Shown here: piece by piece, positions 22,581-36,727 of the stretch
Position numbering within the stretch: the stretch's first letter is position 1
Layout: each line of letters opens with the position of its first letter
Assembly: GCA_013115125.1 (NCBI GenBank)
Contig: JABANN010000051.1
Span: 1-64,000 of the forward strand
Length of the DNA: 64,000 nucleotides
Source of the DNA: Perkinsus olseni
Lineage: Eukaryota
Direction: 5' to 3'
Made by a program: the position numbers and the translations under genes
Notes under the pieces: model-generated
The model's database searches: none
Told to the model about the DNA's origin: nothing
What the model saw: the letters and a program-made list of their open reading frames with translations, nothing else

Positions 22581-25500
22581 CTAAGGGATGTGATAGTCAT
22601 CCAAGCTCTCCATTGGCCTTCTCGTGAAAAACGGTCGTCTTGGTCGGGCCGTAGCTGGGGCTGATGCGCAACTTATGACGCTTGCCGCCTCCAAGAATGA
22701 TGCCGACGATCGTGATAGTCGAGAATGCTGAAAAAAGCGGCAGACTGAATCACGGTTCTTGAAGACCAATCAAGCGACACACAGGATGCGGGGAGGATCT
22801 CGAGGGTGTGAGTCTATGATGCGGTCGAGAGGCCTACACGCTCCGAAAGGTTCTTGTGCGGCCGCGCAGGGTTGAAGATCGGGAGCACGCCACTAGCGAA
22901 CATGGCTGCCCCTTGCCGTGAAGCAGCCGCCTGCCGGGCGTTCTCTTCTATGCGCTTCACCAGATCCACGCTCTCCGACGGGCCCTGGCGAGTCCCGATG
23001 TTTGTGTCGATTGACAAGGCGTAGGTGTCATCCGCAGCCCCAGCCACCCTCGGGTCCGGGGACTTTGGTGTCACTATGTCCGAATCTGAAACAAGCATCG
23101 ACGAGGTTTCCGAATCGGACACCGACCAGGAGCTTCGGAAATTCCGATGCTCTGAAGGAGCCAGAGGGCCAGTGGATTCGGCAGATGTCCTGGCTGGTCG
23201 TACCGTCCTCATCGATTTTAATGAGGGTGGACTCGTCGGCACTAGCATCATCCAGTGGTTCATGGACTTGAGGGGCCAATGGAGGCCCTTCTCGGCTGGC
23301 CAGGGTGATGTCCGGCGGCGGAATCTTCGGGCGTTTGCAAGGGAGGGGCTGACACAAGGCAACCGGATGACGATGATGAAGCCGAACTACTCCGCCATTA
23401 CCGAGGGAGATCCTTGCAATGTTCGGTCGAAGTTGTCCAGGACCACACGCGGTAATCTAAAAAAGGCTTCCACAACCCGGACCGGATCGTTGTCTGTCAG
23501 CCTACTGCATAGATTCCAGTGAAGCACTGACAGGACCCTTGACCTCGGGGTCAACCGCGGCATCACTCATACCGAAGAGCCCTACTGAGGGGTTCCTAAC
23601 CGAGTTCGTCTCGAGGGACATTGCAGAAGGCTCTCCTACCCGTCCTGATTTTCGTCGGTGTAGGCCGCCCTTGGGAACTCGTCGAACGGGCTGAGTGCCT
23701 CGGGGCCGAGCAGCTCTCCCATACTGTATTGGGGCTGTGTGGCTGGCATGGGTTCGTCCTGTGGTACAGGGTTTGCCATGGTGTCCAGGCTCCCATCCGC
23801 TAGGGCATGCACGGCCTCTTCGACATACACTCCGGCCTCTTCTGGAGCTAGCTCTGCTGTCTCGACTGGGTGGACGGTGTACCATTGGCCATTGACCAGC
23901 AAGGGTGCTGGACCAGGCTCGAGGGGGCCGGGACTGTACTGTTGAACCGCCCGCAAGCCCGCCTCGAGGGTGTCCAAGCGCTGTGCAACACTGGAAGCGA
24001 TGCCGTCGGTCTCTCCGAGAGCTTGTTGCCGTGTCTCGGACAACCGCTGCTCGAGTACGCGGTTTCTCCACACGAGAAGAGCCTGACCACTAATGGAAGT
24101 CCGAAATGCATTGAAATGTCAGAGGCCTGAACGGCGAGACGCTTGGTGTGGTCTTGGCCCGCTGGCTTGACCCGCCCACTATGAAAGCTGTAAGTTTCCG
24201 GCCGCCTCGAGTGATGGGTTCATCAGCCCCACAAGCTGCATCAGCGTAGTGTGCTGTGCACTGTGAATACGATGATGAGAGACGCGGGGGGCTTGTTGAA
24301 CAACCAGCCTGAAGCAGTAATAGCGCTTCGCGAGCTGACAGCGCCGCGCTGCGGCCGCGGTTCATCACCCTGCTTTCGCACGCGATTGGCCAAAAACATC
24401 GGCGGCGAGAAAAACCGATGGCATCCTGTGCCTCACATTATGCTGTTTTGGTGGTGTCATCGTCTGACTGCTGCGGGCCTTGCTATAGGGTCTGGACAGC
24501 CTCACGGCTAACACTCTCCACGCCCATAGAGCCGCCTGCAAACGGCACAGACGCACCCCAAAAATACTTACACAGTGTCTTCCATAGCTCACCTTCAGCA
24601 TGATTCTATCTCGATACTGATGGGACCTCAGCTTTGCCTCAGCGAGGCTCCTGCCTGTATCGGTGAGCCTCCGCCAGGCATGGAAGCTGTGAGCCAGGGC
24701 CACTAGTTTGGACACGACGCTACGGCTCTCGGCAATGCTGTGCGCTGCTGTCCTTCGGCAGAGCAGGGTCCTCCAGAAAGTAAGAGCAGAGGATTTCACA
24801 CGCGTGGCTGCTCGGGAGAGGACGTAGCGGCACAGGCGCCGTTGCTGTCGACGACGCCTTGTTGTGTTGAGCCAAGCATGCATATAGATGACTATGAGGC
24901 GACGCAAGAACAGCCGGGACTCGAAGTAAGTCCCCAGAGCCGCAGCTGCTTCTGGCCGGCGTGTGGCGGACTCGGCCACCGGCTGAGAAAATGATACATC
25001 CTGAACACAGTCCGATCAGAGAATGTTGCACGATCGATCCACAACCAGAAGAACTGCAACCGAGAATGATACACCGGTTCTTCAATGCTTCGCGAGGTAA
25101 GAGTATAGTGCGAAAGGCTCAGCAGTACCCAGATTGACGGAGTAGCTCCCTGTGACAAGCCCGGGGGTGTCGCGGCAGTTCGGAGGAAAGTGCTCGGGGC
25201 CTCAACACCTGATTGGAAGGACCTCTACGACTGGAATACACTACTGCATTAGAAGTGTTCCTGAGTTCACCTTCGACGGCCAGCGAGAGGCCTCCTGCCG
25301 ACATCGAGCTTCCCGAGCCGTATCGCTGAGGGGGGACAACCTTTTGCAAGCTTACGACAACCGCGTGCTCCTTGCAGAAGAGAAATATCACGGAAGAAAA
25401 CCAAGCGGGAGTAGTCCGAGGAAAAGTGTGAGAGACCGACTTGTGAGATGGCCGAGCGCTCGATCATGCAGCTTGTACTGTGGGCACTGGTCGTCTGTGG

Positions 25501-25816
25501 CAGGCGTGTGGTGCGCAGCGCTGGGGTCGACTGAAGACGTTCGGACGATGTGCGGCCCTTGAGCTACGAAGGGCCTCACCGAAACAGAACTCGTCTCAAG
25601 CCGTGTGGCTGATACTTCGGCAATTCTTCGAGCCAACAGACGAACTCCTGGAAGTGGATCTTGCCAGATTCCTCATAGGCACTCCATAGGCTCCTCACCT
25701 CCGGGCTCCACAGCCGCTGCCCATTTTCCCTTGACTGTGGTGGAAGGCTCGTTGAGCGACACTCCACTCTCGCTGAGACTCGAGCTGGCGACTGCCGCGC
25801 GGGCCAATGCAGCCAT
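22581..25816 (-). CDS. SFI1-like repeat protein (putative centrin-binding) with an acidic disordered C-terminus
   Basis: Basic helical repeats with periodic Trp: YMHAWLN, ALTFWRT, SFHAWRR, ALWAWRV, ALLVWRN. Exon joins inferred. Confidence 0.5.
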
Positions 25817-26266
25817 CACAAACAATCGACGAGCAAACGAGTATTCGGGAGTTCCGAATACTAGTTGCGTATCGGGAGTTCCCGGATACCAAATAGTTCA
25901 CAACGCAACAAGAGTTCTCTACCAGAGATTCAACCAGATGAAGGAGCCATGGTGAAGTCCGGTACGGTGTCGCACGGAGGCTGAGGTTGGAAATGACCAA
26001 AGATGGATTGTCCCTTCGGCCCGGCGATGATGTGGCAGCTTCAGAATTCCCCCATGAGCGGTCGCATTCGGGTCTGATCTCACGACACGGCGGCCGGGAT
26101 ACAACGGTGCAAGCGCTTCCGTCGACGAATTGACCTCTTGGATAACACTCAACTCAAGCCCAGCCAGCGCGTTAGCATTCTTTCGAGTAATTCACTATCA
26201 CACACAAAGAGGGGCAGCAGCTGCTACGGCAGCTCGCGCTCAGTCACCAATGTCAGTGATCAATTG

Positions 26267-28436
26267 TTAAACACAGTACGTCGTCTCTACGGATGCCACC
26301 TTGGCATCGAGCTTAGCCGCCTCTTCAGCTGAGACAATTTCGTACCTGCATCAGCACGAAGGCCTTACGGGCTGTACTCGTCGTCCTCCACTCACCGGTA
26401 ATGAACTGTCCGAGAGCGAATCCAGGAGCTCGTGTTGTCGAAGACCAGCACCAACTGAGAAATTACAGTCCAACGAGATAAGTCGCTTGGGGCTGCAGCT
26501 TACCCTCCCGTCTGTGAGGCTTGTGTACTGTCCCCGTACACTTCTATGACTGCTGCATTTTTCCAGTGGAACAACAAACCTTAGCAAAAGGAGTTGGCAA
26601 GGACTGGCAGTTCTCACGAGCTCACTCAGAAGTCATCTGGCCGTCTTTCTGGGCCCGTACTTCCACACCGAATAGGATGTCCTGCGCATCGACGCCAAAC
26701 GCCCAGGAGACGATATCGCCCTTCTTCACGGTCAGAGGGATCTGCATGCTCTGACCCTTAGCGATGGTGACCGTCTGAGAACAGGGCAACGAGTGTCTTC
26801 GCTGGACCGCCTAGAAAAGAGAGAAAGCCAATTGATCGCGGGTTGTTCATGGCGGTGGCGTGGTCTCGAGGGCACGCGTACCTCGACTTCCGCCGTTCCC
26901 AGTCCGAATCGGTCGTTGAGCAGGCGGCCGGTCTCCGGCACTTGCCCCAGAGGGCTATCACAGGAACCTCCCAAGAAGGCAGGAACATTTTTAGGGTCAA
27001 CTAACGACATGATTCCTTCGTCTCCAGGCCGGAATATTTTCACCTGAACGAAGACGATAAGCGTGAGCTTTTCGTCGCTGCCCGACGAGCATATCCATAG
27101 TCGCTAAGAACAACTGTTGGTCGAGTTGGCACTTTCATGAGGACACACGCGCTGGGACGAACTACAGTGAAGAGCCGTCGAAGCTCCGGCGTCTACTGTG
27201 AATCACCTTCGATAGACTATCCTTTGGCAGGAAAGGCCTCAATAGCTTGAAGAAGGTATCGAAAATCCAAGGGGCATTCAGGAAACACACCTTGCTGACC
27301 TGATGCAAGGCCTCGTGAGCACTGCCCCTTACAAGGGTTCGGAATCCCACCTGACCGGGATAGAAGGTCTCCCGCAATCTACCAGCCGAGCCCATTCTGT
27401 TCACAACAGCCTTGCAGAGCTTCGGGTTGGCCCAGGAGGCCGTGGGGGCTCCACCAACGTCAATAGCCAGCATGAAGGAGGCCAATTCTCCCGTCCCTGA
27501 CGCGCGGTTTCGCAATTTTGGAGCGGATTGTCGTGAGGCTCACGATTGTGATGATCATGGATGAGCAGCTGTCCGAGCTCGCTCAGGTATATGAACATCT
27601 CAGAGAACTCATCATCACTCACCTGCCACAGTGGCAGGGCTAGGAGGTATCCAATCCGTTAGGCGAATCCGATAACGCCTCATACCACATTTCCACCAAC
27701 TCACCTCCCCGACGAATCCGTTGGTCTCGATCATTCCAAGCCGCTCGCAGTAAATGAAAGAGCCGTCTTTAGCACGCGAGGGCTCACCAGTGGGGTCCCT
27801 CAGACATGGATTGAACGGTAGGTAGTAGGAGGCCTGACAAGACCCATACTGCTGTGCCGCACAACAAGACACTGGACGACCAACCTTCTTTATATTCGGG
27901 ACCTCGTCGAAGGACATCTTCTTTTCGAGGATATCTGCCCGTATATCATCCACATTCCTTTCTCGGCGCCAAACAAGGAACTCTCTGAGAGCGAAGGATC
28001 AAGCCTCCAGACGGACCAGGGCGCAGTCCATGCACGGAGCTGTGCAGTCAGTAATGCGTACTTGAATTGAGTGGCGGCCTTCTGTGGATCGTTCTTGGCG
28101 ACCCTCAAAAACATGAGGAGTCGCACGTCTCCAAACACCTCGGGCATAGTATTGGAACCGGGATACTGCGCAATGGTGTCCACTAACAGGTTCTGAAGGT
28201 CGTACTCGAAGATTCTTCACTACAGCATGCACAGTTGCGTAATCACCTTCAAGACTTCCAGTGCTTTTTTCTCGGCATCAGTGACCTCTGGCGGGATGGC
28301 CACGTTGTCTGCCTAAGAGGGCGAGACGAATGACCGGCCAAGTCCTGGAGCGGGGATCGGCAACGGGAAACCCACAGATCGAGCGGTAGTGGTCACTTAC
28401 TCGAGGGCTATCGGTGGGTGAATCACTGTGCAGCAT
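26267..28436 (-). CDS. SEC14/CRAL-TRIO lipid-binding protein with a C-terminal GOLD domain
   Basis: DVRLLMFLRVAKND, IYCERLG, ETFYPGQ, CFLNAPWIF...LLRPFL, VPAFLGG, and GOLD LVLVFDNTSSWIRSRTVHY. Confidence 0.9.
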
Positions 28437-30149
28437 ATGGAGGAAGATGAAATAACTACGGCAAGAGGCGGGTAGCGGCACGTCCGACTAGGGCAGACCA
28501 CCACTACCACAGGGAGGGCCCGAACACGTACAGGAAACCTCAAGGTATGCTCACCCCCTTCCAAAACGCAAATCAATACAGGAGCTGTCTCCACGAGGTT
28601 TCAACGGTCCCCACCAACTCATGAGGGTGAATCCATGAGCCCTTTATACCGAGCGGGAAGGTACGATCTGTGGAGCTGAGGTAACGGAGTTTTGATGCTG
28701 TCACGAGCCCCGGGCCGAGCCTTCTTGCATTAGGTCTTCTCCGGGCTGAGCTTCATGGACGGGAGGAGAAACTGTTCCATAAGAATTCTTATTCTTCTTC
28801 TTCCAATTGGTCACCTGGGGAGAGAGAACTTACGGACAGCAATACGCTCGTCGAAAGTGACACACTTACAGCGCGTCGGATTGCGGGGTTAATGCGACCA
28901 ATCGCAAAATGCTGCTTCTTGGTCAAGCCGTCCAGATTGAACCCGATTCCATTCGCTTCACGAGGAGGCAACCTTGAGTGCTCCCCCTCGGTCATAGCCT
29001 ACGTACACCCACCACTCTGACGTAGAGGGCGTGCTGGGTGGAGTACGATGTGATGTTCTACGGTGGAGGTGACAACCAAGCCGAAGAACACACGGCAGCG
29101 GTTCGGAAGACGCTCACCTGTCGAGCCGACTCAGCTCCGGCAGGATCGAACAGACTGATGAAGTTCTGCTGGATGGGAGGACAGCGGTGGGTGGTTCGAT
29201 TGAGCATTATTTAAAGTCCTGACCGGTCCACCATGGGAGCTAGAAAACTCCTTTTGAAGTACGACGCGGAGATTTCAGTAACACAACGATTGGTTGGGCT
29301 AGCGTGAGACACCCTTAAGTTTTTAGATAGAGGCTCCCCACAGGACTTAATGGCAGGATCTATGCCCTCGCTCTCACGCAGCTATCTACTACCAACGGAA
29401 TTTTCTCAGGGATTTGCTGCAAAAAATCGCGAAGCACGTCGGTGGCTCGCGGGGATGAGCGCAACACCCCTAACGAGAATTGACGTTGCAACGCAGTTAC
29501 AAAGAGTCACACGAGACACTGAGTAAGATATGAGACGAAGGAGCACGTGAAGGGCCTAGTGAAGAAGATCTGGACCTTCCTTAGAGTTGACGAGAGTGGT
29601 AAGAGCAACGGCGTCTTCTTAGATTAAATAGGATGGAGCCCGAAGGATGGGTGAATATGCTACTTCCCATCATTGTGTGGAAGGCTTTGGGGATGCTCGG
29701 TCAATGGATAGTTCATGGACCTGACCCGAGAAGGACTGCGCTAGCTAAATTTGAGGAAGGTTCTAAGCGCCACTCCCCGGTTCGAACCAAGGGTGGTGCA
29801 ACTCTAGTATTTGCTGAAATGTCAGTCGCTTAGCATGAAGGATGGGACGATTATAAGACTTGGTCGAACCTATCCCTACTGCCGTAGAAATGGCAATACT
29901 CCCCCTTCTGTGTGTTCACGAGTCTTCTCCCCGGAAGCGAATCGAACATGAGGTGGGTCACACCATCGGCCACAAAAATTTAAGAGCATGTACAGTGCTT
30001 TCGGGTTTGATAGGAAGTCCACTACAATGCCCGTCGTATTGCCCTTTGTTTTCAGCTATAGTCACGAATTGCTCGTTGTGAGTTGTTCACTCATCCCCGA
30101 GTTGCGGCCTTTCAGTCGAGTAGTGTATCAAACCCGAGGGCACTGTAGT

Positions 30150-32882
30150 GTGGTGTAAGCTAGAAAAGGCGAGCGGCTCAACTCAGCGACTGTCATGAGA
30201 TCGACCTTAAACAAAGGAACTGTCCTCCTCGGGCCTTACCAGGGGACGATACGTTGCCGGGCAATAGAGTATAAAGTCATCGAAGAGACCACCGTGAAGG
30301 TACTTGCTGACACCAAGGTCCTCGATCTGACGCAAGGAACTGCCGGCAGCCCGCAAGCCAATAGAAGCTGCTACCAGCTGGTCATGGTAAAGATCGATGT
30401 AGAGGAAAATGGTGCATGGGCGCTGCGGCGTCGGCGGAATGCGCTCGAGAGCCCAACGACGGTACTTCGCGATATCATGTCTCATATCTGCACAAAAACT
30501 CGCCTCGGGTGTCGACATTCTTCGGCCTACGGAAGAGCCGTTACGGCGGTCATGCAATAGAGAAAATAGGAGAAAGACCATAAGGCCCGGAACCGCTTAT
30601 CATGAGGGTTTGGTAACGTGAAGTTCGGTGCCTACCCGATGCAGTTGTAGAGATCCTGCCTTTCCAAAGGCCGGCGAGCCAAAGAGCCTGAAGGGTGGAA
30701 GTACCTAAGCCGCCAGGCGATAGTGTCGTTGAAGAAATATCCGAAGTTCGTCGGTGGTTGTACTTACTGATACTTATATTGGTAGAAGCCCATCCAACAA
30801 AGGCCAGATGCATGAAGTCGGGATGGACCTGACCCACAACAGGGTGCTCACCCCACAGTAAGGTGCTTACGATATGACGGTGGAGCCATGGGCCCTCTCC
30901 CTTATCACAGATTAACTTCTCCTTACACTCTGGAGGGAGGATCTCCATCGCAGCCTCGAAACCGGTACCTGAACACGCGTACTCACGATCCGTGCGCCGA
31001 GTTGTCGGAAGTGACGACCCACCGAGCACGACCGCATCACAGCATATTTGTTCGCCCGTGGTCAGCAGAACTCCATCCTTCGTGAACTCCGTCATAGTCG
31101 CTTGCTTCGCATCTGATATCAAGAGGAAGGCACTGTGTCCCACCCAGATGTTGAGACCGAGGCAATAGGAACTGCCCCCAGAGGCATCGATAGCCGTCGA
31201 CGAATACTTCATAAACCCAGTACTACTTATCTCTCCGGCGGCTATACGCTCGTAAGTTCCCTCTGGGACAACCTGCAATCCTCCTTACGCGTCGCGTGAA
31301 ACGGTAACGCCCGGACTTACGAATTGGTTGTGAAAAATGTCCCCCACGAAGGGCGAATCCGGTCTCATGCCGGCAGCAGCTGAAAGTCTTAAATAACTCC
31401 GCGACAGGAGACGAGGCAACTGCTACTCAGTCCGTGCTGCCAATCCAATACGTGCTCCCAGAGCCACCACCAAACGGCAGTGAACAACTGGTAGAGAGAC
31501 GACCGAGGCTTCTCCTCGGTGTAATAGGAAGGCAGGAGCCATTCGAAGGCGCGACAGAACATCACCTGAGAAGGAGAACAGTGGAGGCGAAGAGGCGGGT
31601 ACTCAGTAGTCTGAGTAGACGCATAGAAAAGCATCTCACATGTATGATGGAAATCTTCCACAGATTGCCCGGCAGCGGCCAGCGCTTCTCTCGGTATACG
31701 AATGTGGCTGAAAATATCATGAAGAGAGCTCCTAGCAAGCCGTGAGGCGCCGCCTATCCCACCGCATATGGGATACTAGCGCAAAGTCGATCCAGCACAG
31801 ACTGGTCCGTTTACGAGAATGCGGCACAACGACTGAGCGACATTCTCACTGCTTTTCACTTCGTCCTTCAACTCGTTCATCAGATCGAGTGTAGACTTAC
31901 CATACCCAACAAAGACCACATCCTTACCGGTGAAGGCACTGCGGTCGCTACCTGACAACAACAGCGGCAGCAGATGAGGGCATGTTATGGTATGAACATG
32001 CAACAGGTGATAATGGAGGGTAAGGTGACAATACTTACAGTCCGAGCTGTGGAAGACTTTAACTTTAGTCTGGTCCATACCCGGGAAGTTCGGGATGTGC
32101 TTCTTCCTGAAGAGGCCGGTGCCTGCAGAGACACCGTCCCGAGTGGAGAAGGGTAGTAGGGCAGACAACTTACAGATAACAACTTTATCGAAGACTCGTT
32201 GGTGTCCATCCTCAGTGGTGACCCTCCACGCCTTCCCATCCAGATTCTCGAGGTCTTTCACGAGCACATTGCAACGGATGTGGGGGCCAAGCTTGAAGTG
32301 AGATACCTGAAAAGAGGAGAACATCCGAGGCTGTGGGGAGCTGAAAGGACCCTCCTCATTCCACACTCGTTTGACGAAGTGATGTCGTCTTACGTAATCA
32401 TCGATGTAACTGCAAAGGTCCTCCTTCTTCATAAAAAGTGGATAGCGATCCCCGACTGGGAACTCGCTAAACTCGTAAAACCAGCTGGGTGATTGAGCCT
32501 GACGAAGAGTGAGGCTATCCAGCGGTCGAAGGATCCTCTTCAAGAAAACGCATAACCGCGACGGTGCTCTAACAGGGGGTTTGTCATGATGAATCATCAT
32601 CGATGAATCGGCGAGAAAATTGAATGGCGCGCGAGGCGAAGCCCGTCCTTCGATGGTTACCCCTTGGCCAACATAGCCCGTGGACCAGACCCCACCAACT
32701 CTATCGCGTGCTTCCAACCTGCGTAGAGAAGTGGATGATCGAGAGAGAGCAGATACCGGTCCTTACAAAGTGACATCGAAGCCCTCAGCCAGAAGAGTCC
32801 TCAGGGTGACGATACCCGACACCCCACCGCCAATGACACACACCGTCTGACCCGACCCACTGCTGTTGGTGCATGCACCCAT
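30150..32882 (-). CDS. Flavin-containing monooxygenase (class B), copy 1
   Basis: VCVIGGGVSG FAD motif, EARDRVGGVW, YEFSEFP, TGLF, VFHSSD, VVFVGYGKSTLD, GTGF, LAFVGW, LQALWLA. Confidence 0.9.
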
Positions 32883-33400
32883 TCGGAGTGTGGTTAGGGA
32901 AAACTGTGCCCTGTGAACGCTGACACCGTGAAGACAGGATTCTTCCGCTACGTGCGCGTAGTCCTCAATTGATTGAATAACCTTGGGGAGAGTGCACGCA
33001 AAAGGCCAAGAATGAGGGGTGTACTACCCCACACACATCTGCCAGGTATTCTTTCACAACACAAGAAGACAGTGGCTGCCTGTGTAAATTTGCTAGGCTT
33101 TGTGCTAAATAAGATTGGGGAGGCCCGATGAGCTCCCCGAGGGAAGAATTGTAAAAACTCTTTTATCGCAAGGCAAGGCACATGAAGAAACACGTGACGA
33201 AAATGGTAGGAGTGAACGGCGGTGTGGGCCACCGCTAGTGGTCCACTACTAAACCTGACCACCCATCCCCCTAGCACCATCGACACGGTCGGTGGAAAGA
33301 GCCTCGACCTGAGGAGCAGCAAGAAGCGTTGAGGAGGAGAGCCCAGATGCCTTACAACACCACCATCGAGTGGCTAGCTTTGCAGGGGGTGTGGATCAGT
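32883..33400. repeat. Duplicated FMO upstream region, homologous to ~36728-37250
   Basis: Shared blocks such as aaaaggccaagaatgaggg, catctgccaggtattct and ggctgcctgtgtaaa occur in both spacers. Confidence 0.8.
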
Positions 33401-33489
33401 ATGAGACCACGCCTAACAGCCGAACCACACCATTCCCAGATCTATTAGGTTTTTTCACGGGTTGACCAACCAACTGCTCTGTGGCAGCA

Positions 33490-36400
33490 CTACTTCAGGC
33501 AAGGGTTCATCGAGTTGCTCTGGAATGTTTCAGTCTGGGTGTCACTGAATACGATCCGAAAGTGTACAAAAACAACAGCCTTGCCGAGGTAATCAGAGCA
33601 CAGCCATGATGGCCGGCACAGCAGGAGTGGCCACCCCTTCACCTCACCAAGGGACGATAGGCTGCTGGATAGTAGCATTTAAAGTCCTCCAAGATACCAC
33701 CGTGAAGGTACTTGCTCACTCCTAGGTCCTCAATCTGACAATGACTGGGGTTGGGTCGGAGGACCCGGCAACTTCCCTTACAAGTTGATCGTGGTATGGA
33801 AGGACGTAGAAGCGTACAGCGCCGGGACGACGGGGCATCGGGGGGACGTGGGTGGCGGCCCAAAGACGGTACTTCATTATATCATCACACATATCTGCGG
33901 AGAGCCCGGGGGAATACCGAAAGTCTGGTCACCGCCGTCGTCGTTGTGATTCCAATGAATGGCAGCAAACAGAAAACTATCAGCGCGACGTAGCCCGGAA
34001 GATTTCGATAAGCCTACACTCACCCTTCTTAGTGGGATGGATTCGTCCTCGCCAGAAGGCAGCCAGCCACAGGGCCTGTAGCGTAGAGGTACCTGGTATA
34101 CCGCGCCTCGTCCTCAACTACAACCTTGCAGAGATAAAGGTTCGCCTTTGTCGCAGTTGGAAGCCCCTATGAAGAGACGTCTTTCTCATAGATTCGGAGC
34201 CCGCACACAGGGATAGGGACAAAGTGTCCCGATTGGCTAGTAAGTAGCGAAAGATAGAATAGAGTTTCCGGTTATTCTGGTGTTGTGCCGTAAATTGGCA
34301 TTTGGGGTGTCGTGCTGCTTCTCTGCGGTGACGCGTGGGTCGCGCCGACGAACCAATCAGTTTTTAAGAGCCCACCTCGCCCTCCACGCATAAACCGAGG
34401 TTTGGGGGAGCGTTGTCTCCGACACTGGTGTTAGTCGATACGAAACACGCTGACGTTTAGAGATGGCGTAGGGATGTTTTCTGACGCCCACGTGGCCCTC
34501 CGGCTATCGAGGCGCATTGCCCGCCGTTATTGGCTGCCATCTCGGATTCTCGCGTTAAGCACTGCTTACTGATAGCTGTACTGATGGAAGCCCATCCAAC
34601 AAAGGCCAGATGCGTGAAGTCTGGATGGACCTGATCCACAACAGGGTGCTCACCCCACAGTAAGGTGCTTACGATATGACGGTAGAGCCATGGGCCCTCT
34701 CCCCTATCACAGATTAACTTCTCCTTACACTCTGAAGGGAGGATTTCCATCGCGGCCTCGAAGCCGGTACCTGCATAGGTGGACATGACGATCTAGGCGG
34801 GTGCTAACAAGCACTCAGGGATTCCGGCAAGACTCGGCCACAACGACTTACCGAGCACGACCGCATCACAACAAATCTGTTCGCCAGTGCTGAGGATAAC
34901 TCCATCCTTGGTGAACTCCGTGATGGTAGCTTGCTTTGCATCTGGTATCAGGAGGATGCCAGCGAGTCTCTGGAACTACGCTGCTCCGTCGATTCGGAGA
35001 TGTCGACGCTCAGGTCGAGCAGCGAGAACTGTCCTCAAGCAGCATCCAAATCAGTCGAGGTAATAGCGAACTCAAATATGAGAACATCATCCGTGACAAA
35101 CCCCGTCCTACTTATCTCCCCGGCCGCTATACGCTCGTAGGTTCCCTCGGGGACAACCTACAATACTTGTCATGGCTTGCGTAGAACAGGAGTGCCCCGA
35201 CTTACGAATTGGTTGTGAAAAATGTCCCCCACGAAGGGCGAATCCGGTCTCATGCCGGCGGCACCTAAAAATGTTCAATCACTACGCGACTGCAGACAGC
35301 CAACTGTTACTCAGTCCGTGCTGCCAATCGAGTATGTGCTCCCACAGCCACCACCAAACGGCAGTGAACAACTTGTAGAGAGAAGACCGAGGCTTCTCCT
35401 CGGTGTAGTAGGAAGGAAGTAGCCATTCGAAGGCGCGACAGAACATCACCTGAGAAGGAGAACAGTGGAGGCGAAGAGACGGGTACTCAGTAGTCTGAGT
35501 AGACGCATAGAAGGGCATCTCACATGTATGATGGAAATCTTCCACAGGTTGCCCGGCAGCGGCCAGCGCTTCTCTCGGTACACGAATGTGGCTGAAAATA
35601 ACATGAAGAAAGCTCCTAGCGTGGCACGGAGGGCCGCCTAGCCCACCGCAGCAGAGACGGCCCGGGGCAGGGTGTTCGGTTCTCGTGATGATGAGCACAA
35701 AAAGCATGATGATCGAGCGACATCCTTACTGCTCTTCACTTCGTCCTTCAACTCGCTCATCAGATCGAGTGTGGACTTGCCGTACCCAACAAAGACCACA
35801 TCCTTACCGGTGAAGGCAGTGCGATCGCTACCTGACAACAACAGCGGCAGATGAGGGCATGTTTTGGTATGAACATCAGTTGATGATGATGTGACAATAC
35901 TTACAGTCCGAGCTGTGAAAGACTTTTACTTTAGTCTGGTTCATACCCGGGAAGTCGGGGATGTGCTTCTTCCTAAAGAGGCCTGTGCCTGCAGAGACAC
36001 CGTCCCGAGTGGAGAAGGGTAGTAGGGTTGACGACTTACAGATAACAACTTTATCGAAGACTCGTTGCTGGCCGTCCTCAGTGGTGACCCTCCACGCCTT
36101 CCCATCCAGATTCTCAAGGTCTTTCACGAGCACATTGCAATGGATGTGGGGGCCGAGCTTAAAGTGAGTTACCTGAGAGAAGAACGATCAGGGCCGTGGC
36201 AAGCTGAGGGACCCTCCTCATTCCACCCTCATCTGACGAAGTGACGTCGTCTTACGTAATCATCGATGTAATTGCAAAGGTCTTCCTTCTTCATAAAAAG
36301 CGGATAGCGATCCCCGACTGGGAACTCACTAAACTCGTAAAACCAGCTGGGTACTTGGGCCTGCGCAGAATGAGCCTATCCGGTATTCGTACTCCGAGAG

Positions 36401-36727
36401 AAATGTGTAACTGCTAGGGTGTTCAGACCATCAAGCAGCAGGAGATGTATCATGATGAACTGGAGAAGAATTCAATGACGCGCGAGGAGGGCCGACCCTC
36501 GATGGTTACCCCTTGGCCAACATAACCCGTGGACCAGACCCCACCAACTCTACTGCGTGCTTCCAACCTGCACAGAGAAGTCGATGAGAAAGGGCAGATA
36601 CCGGTCCTTACAGAGTGACATTAAAGCCCTCAGCCAGGAGGGTCCTCAAGGTGACGATACCCGACACCCCACCGCCAATGACACAGACCGTCTGAGCCGA
36701 CCCACTGCTGTTGGGCGATTCACCCAT
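33490..36727 (-). CDS. Flavin-containing monooxygenase, copy 2
   Basis: Same motifs and intron positions as copy 1; starts MGESPNSSGSAQTVCVIGGG. Confidence 0.9.

Noticed and set aside
28600-30100. Long intergenic region checked for tRNA, ncRNA or genes
   Set aside because: No convincing motif, structure or spliceable coding signal found by eye.
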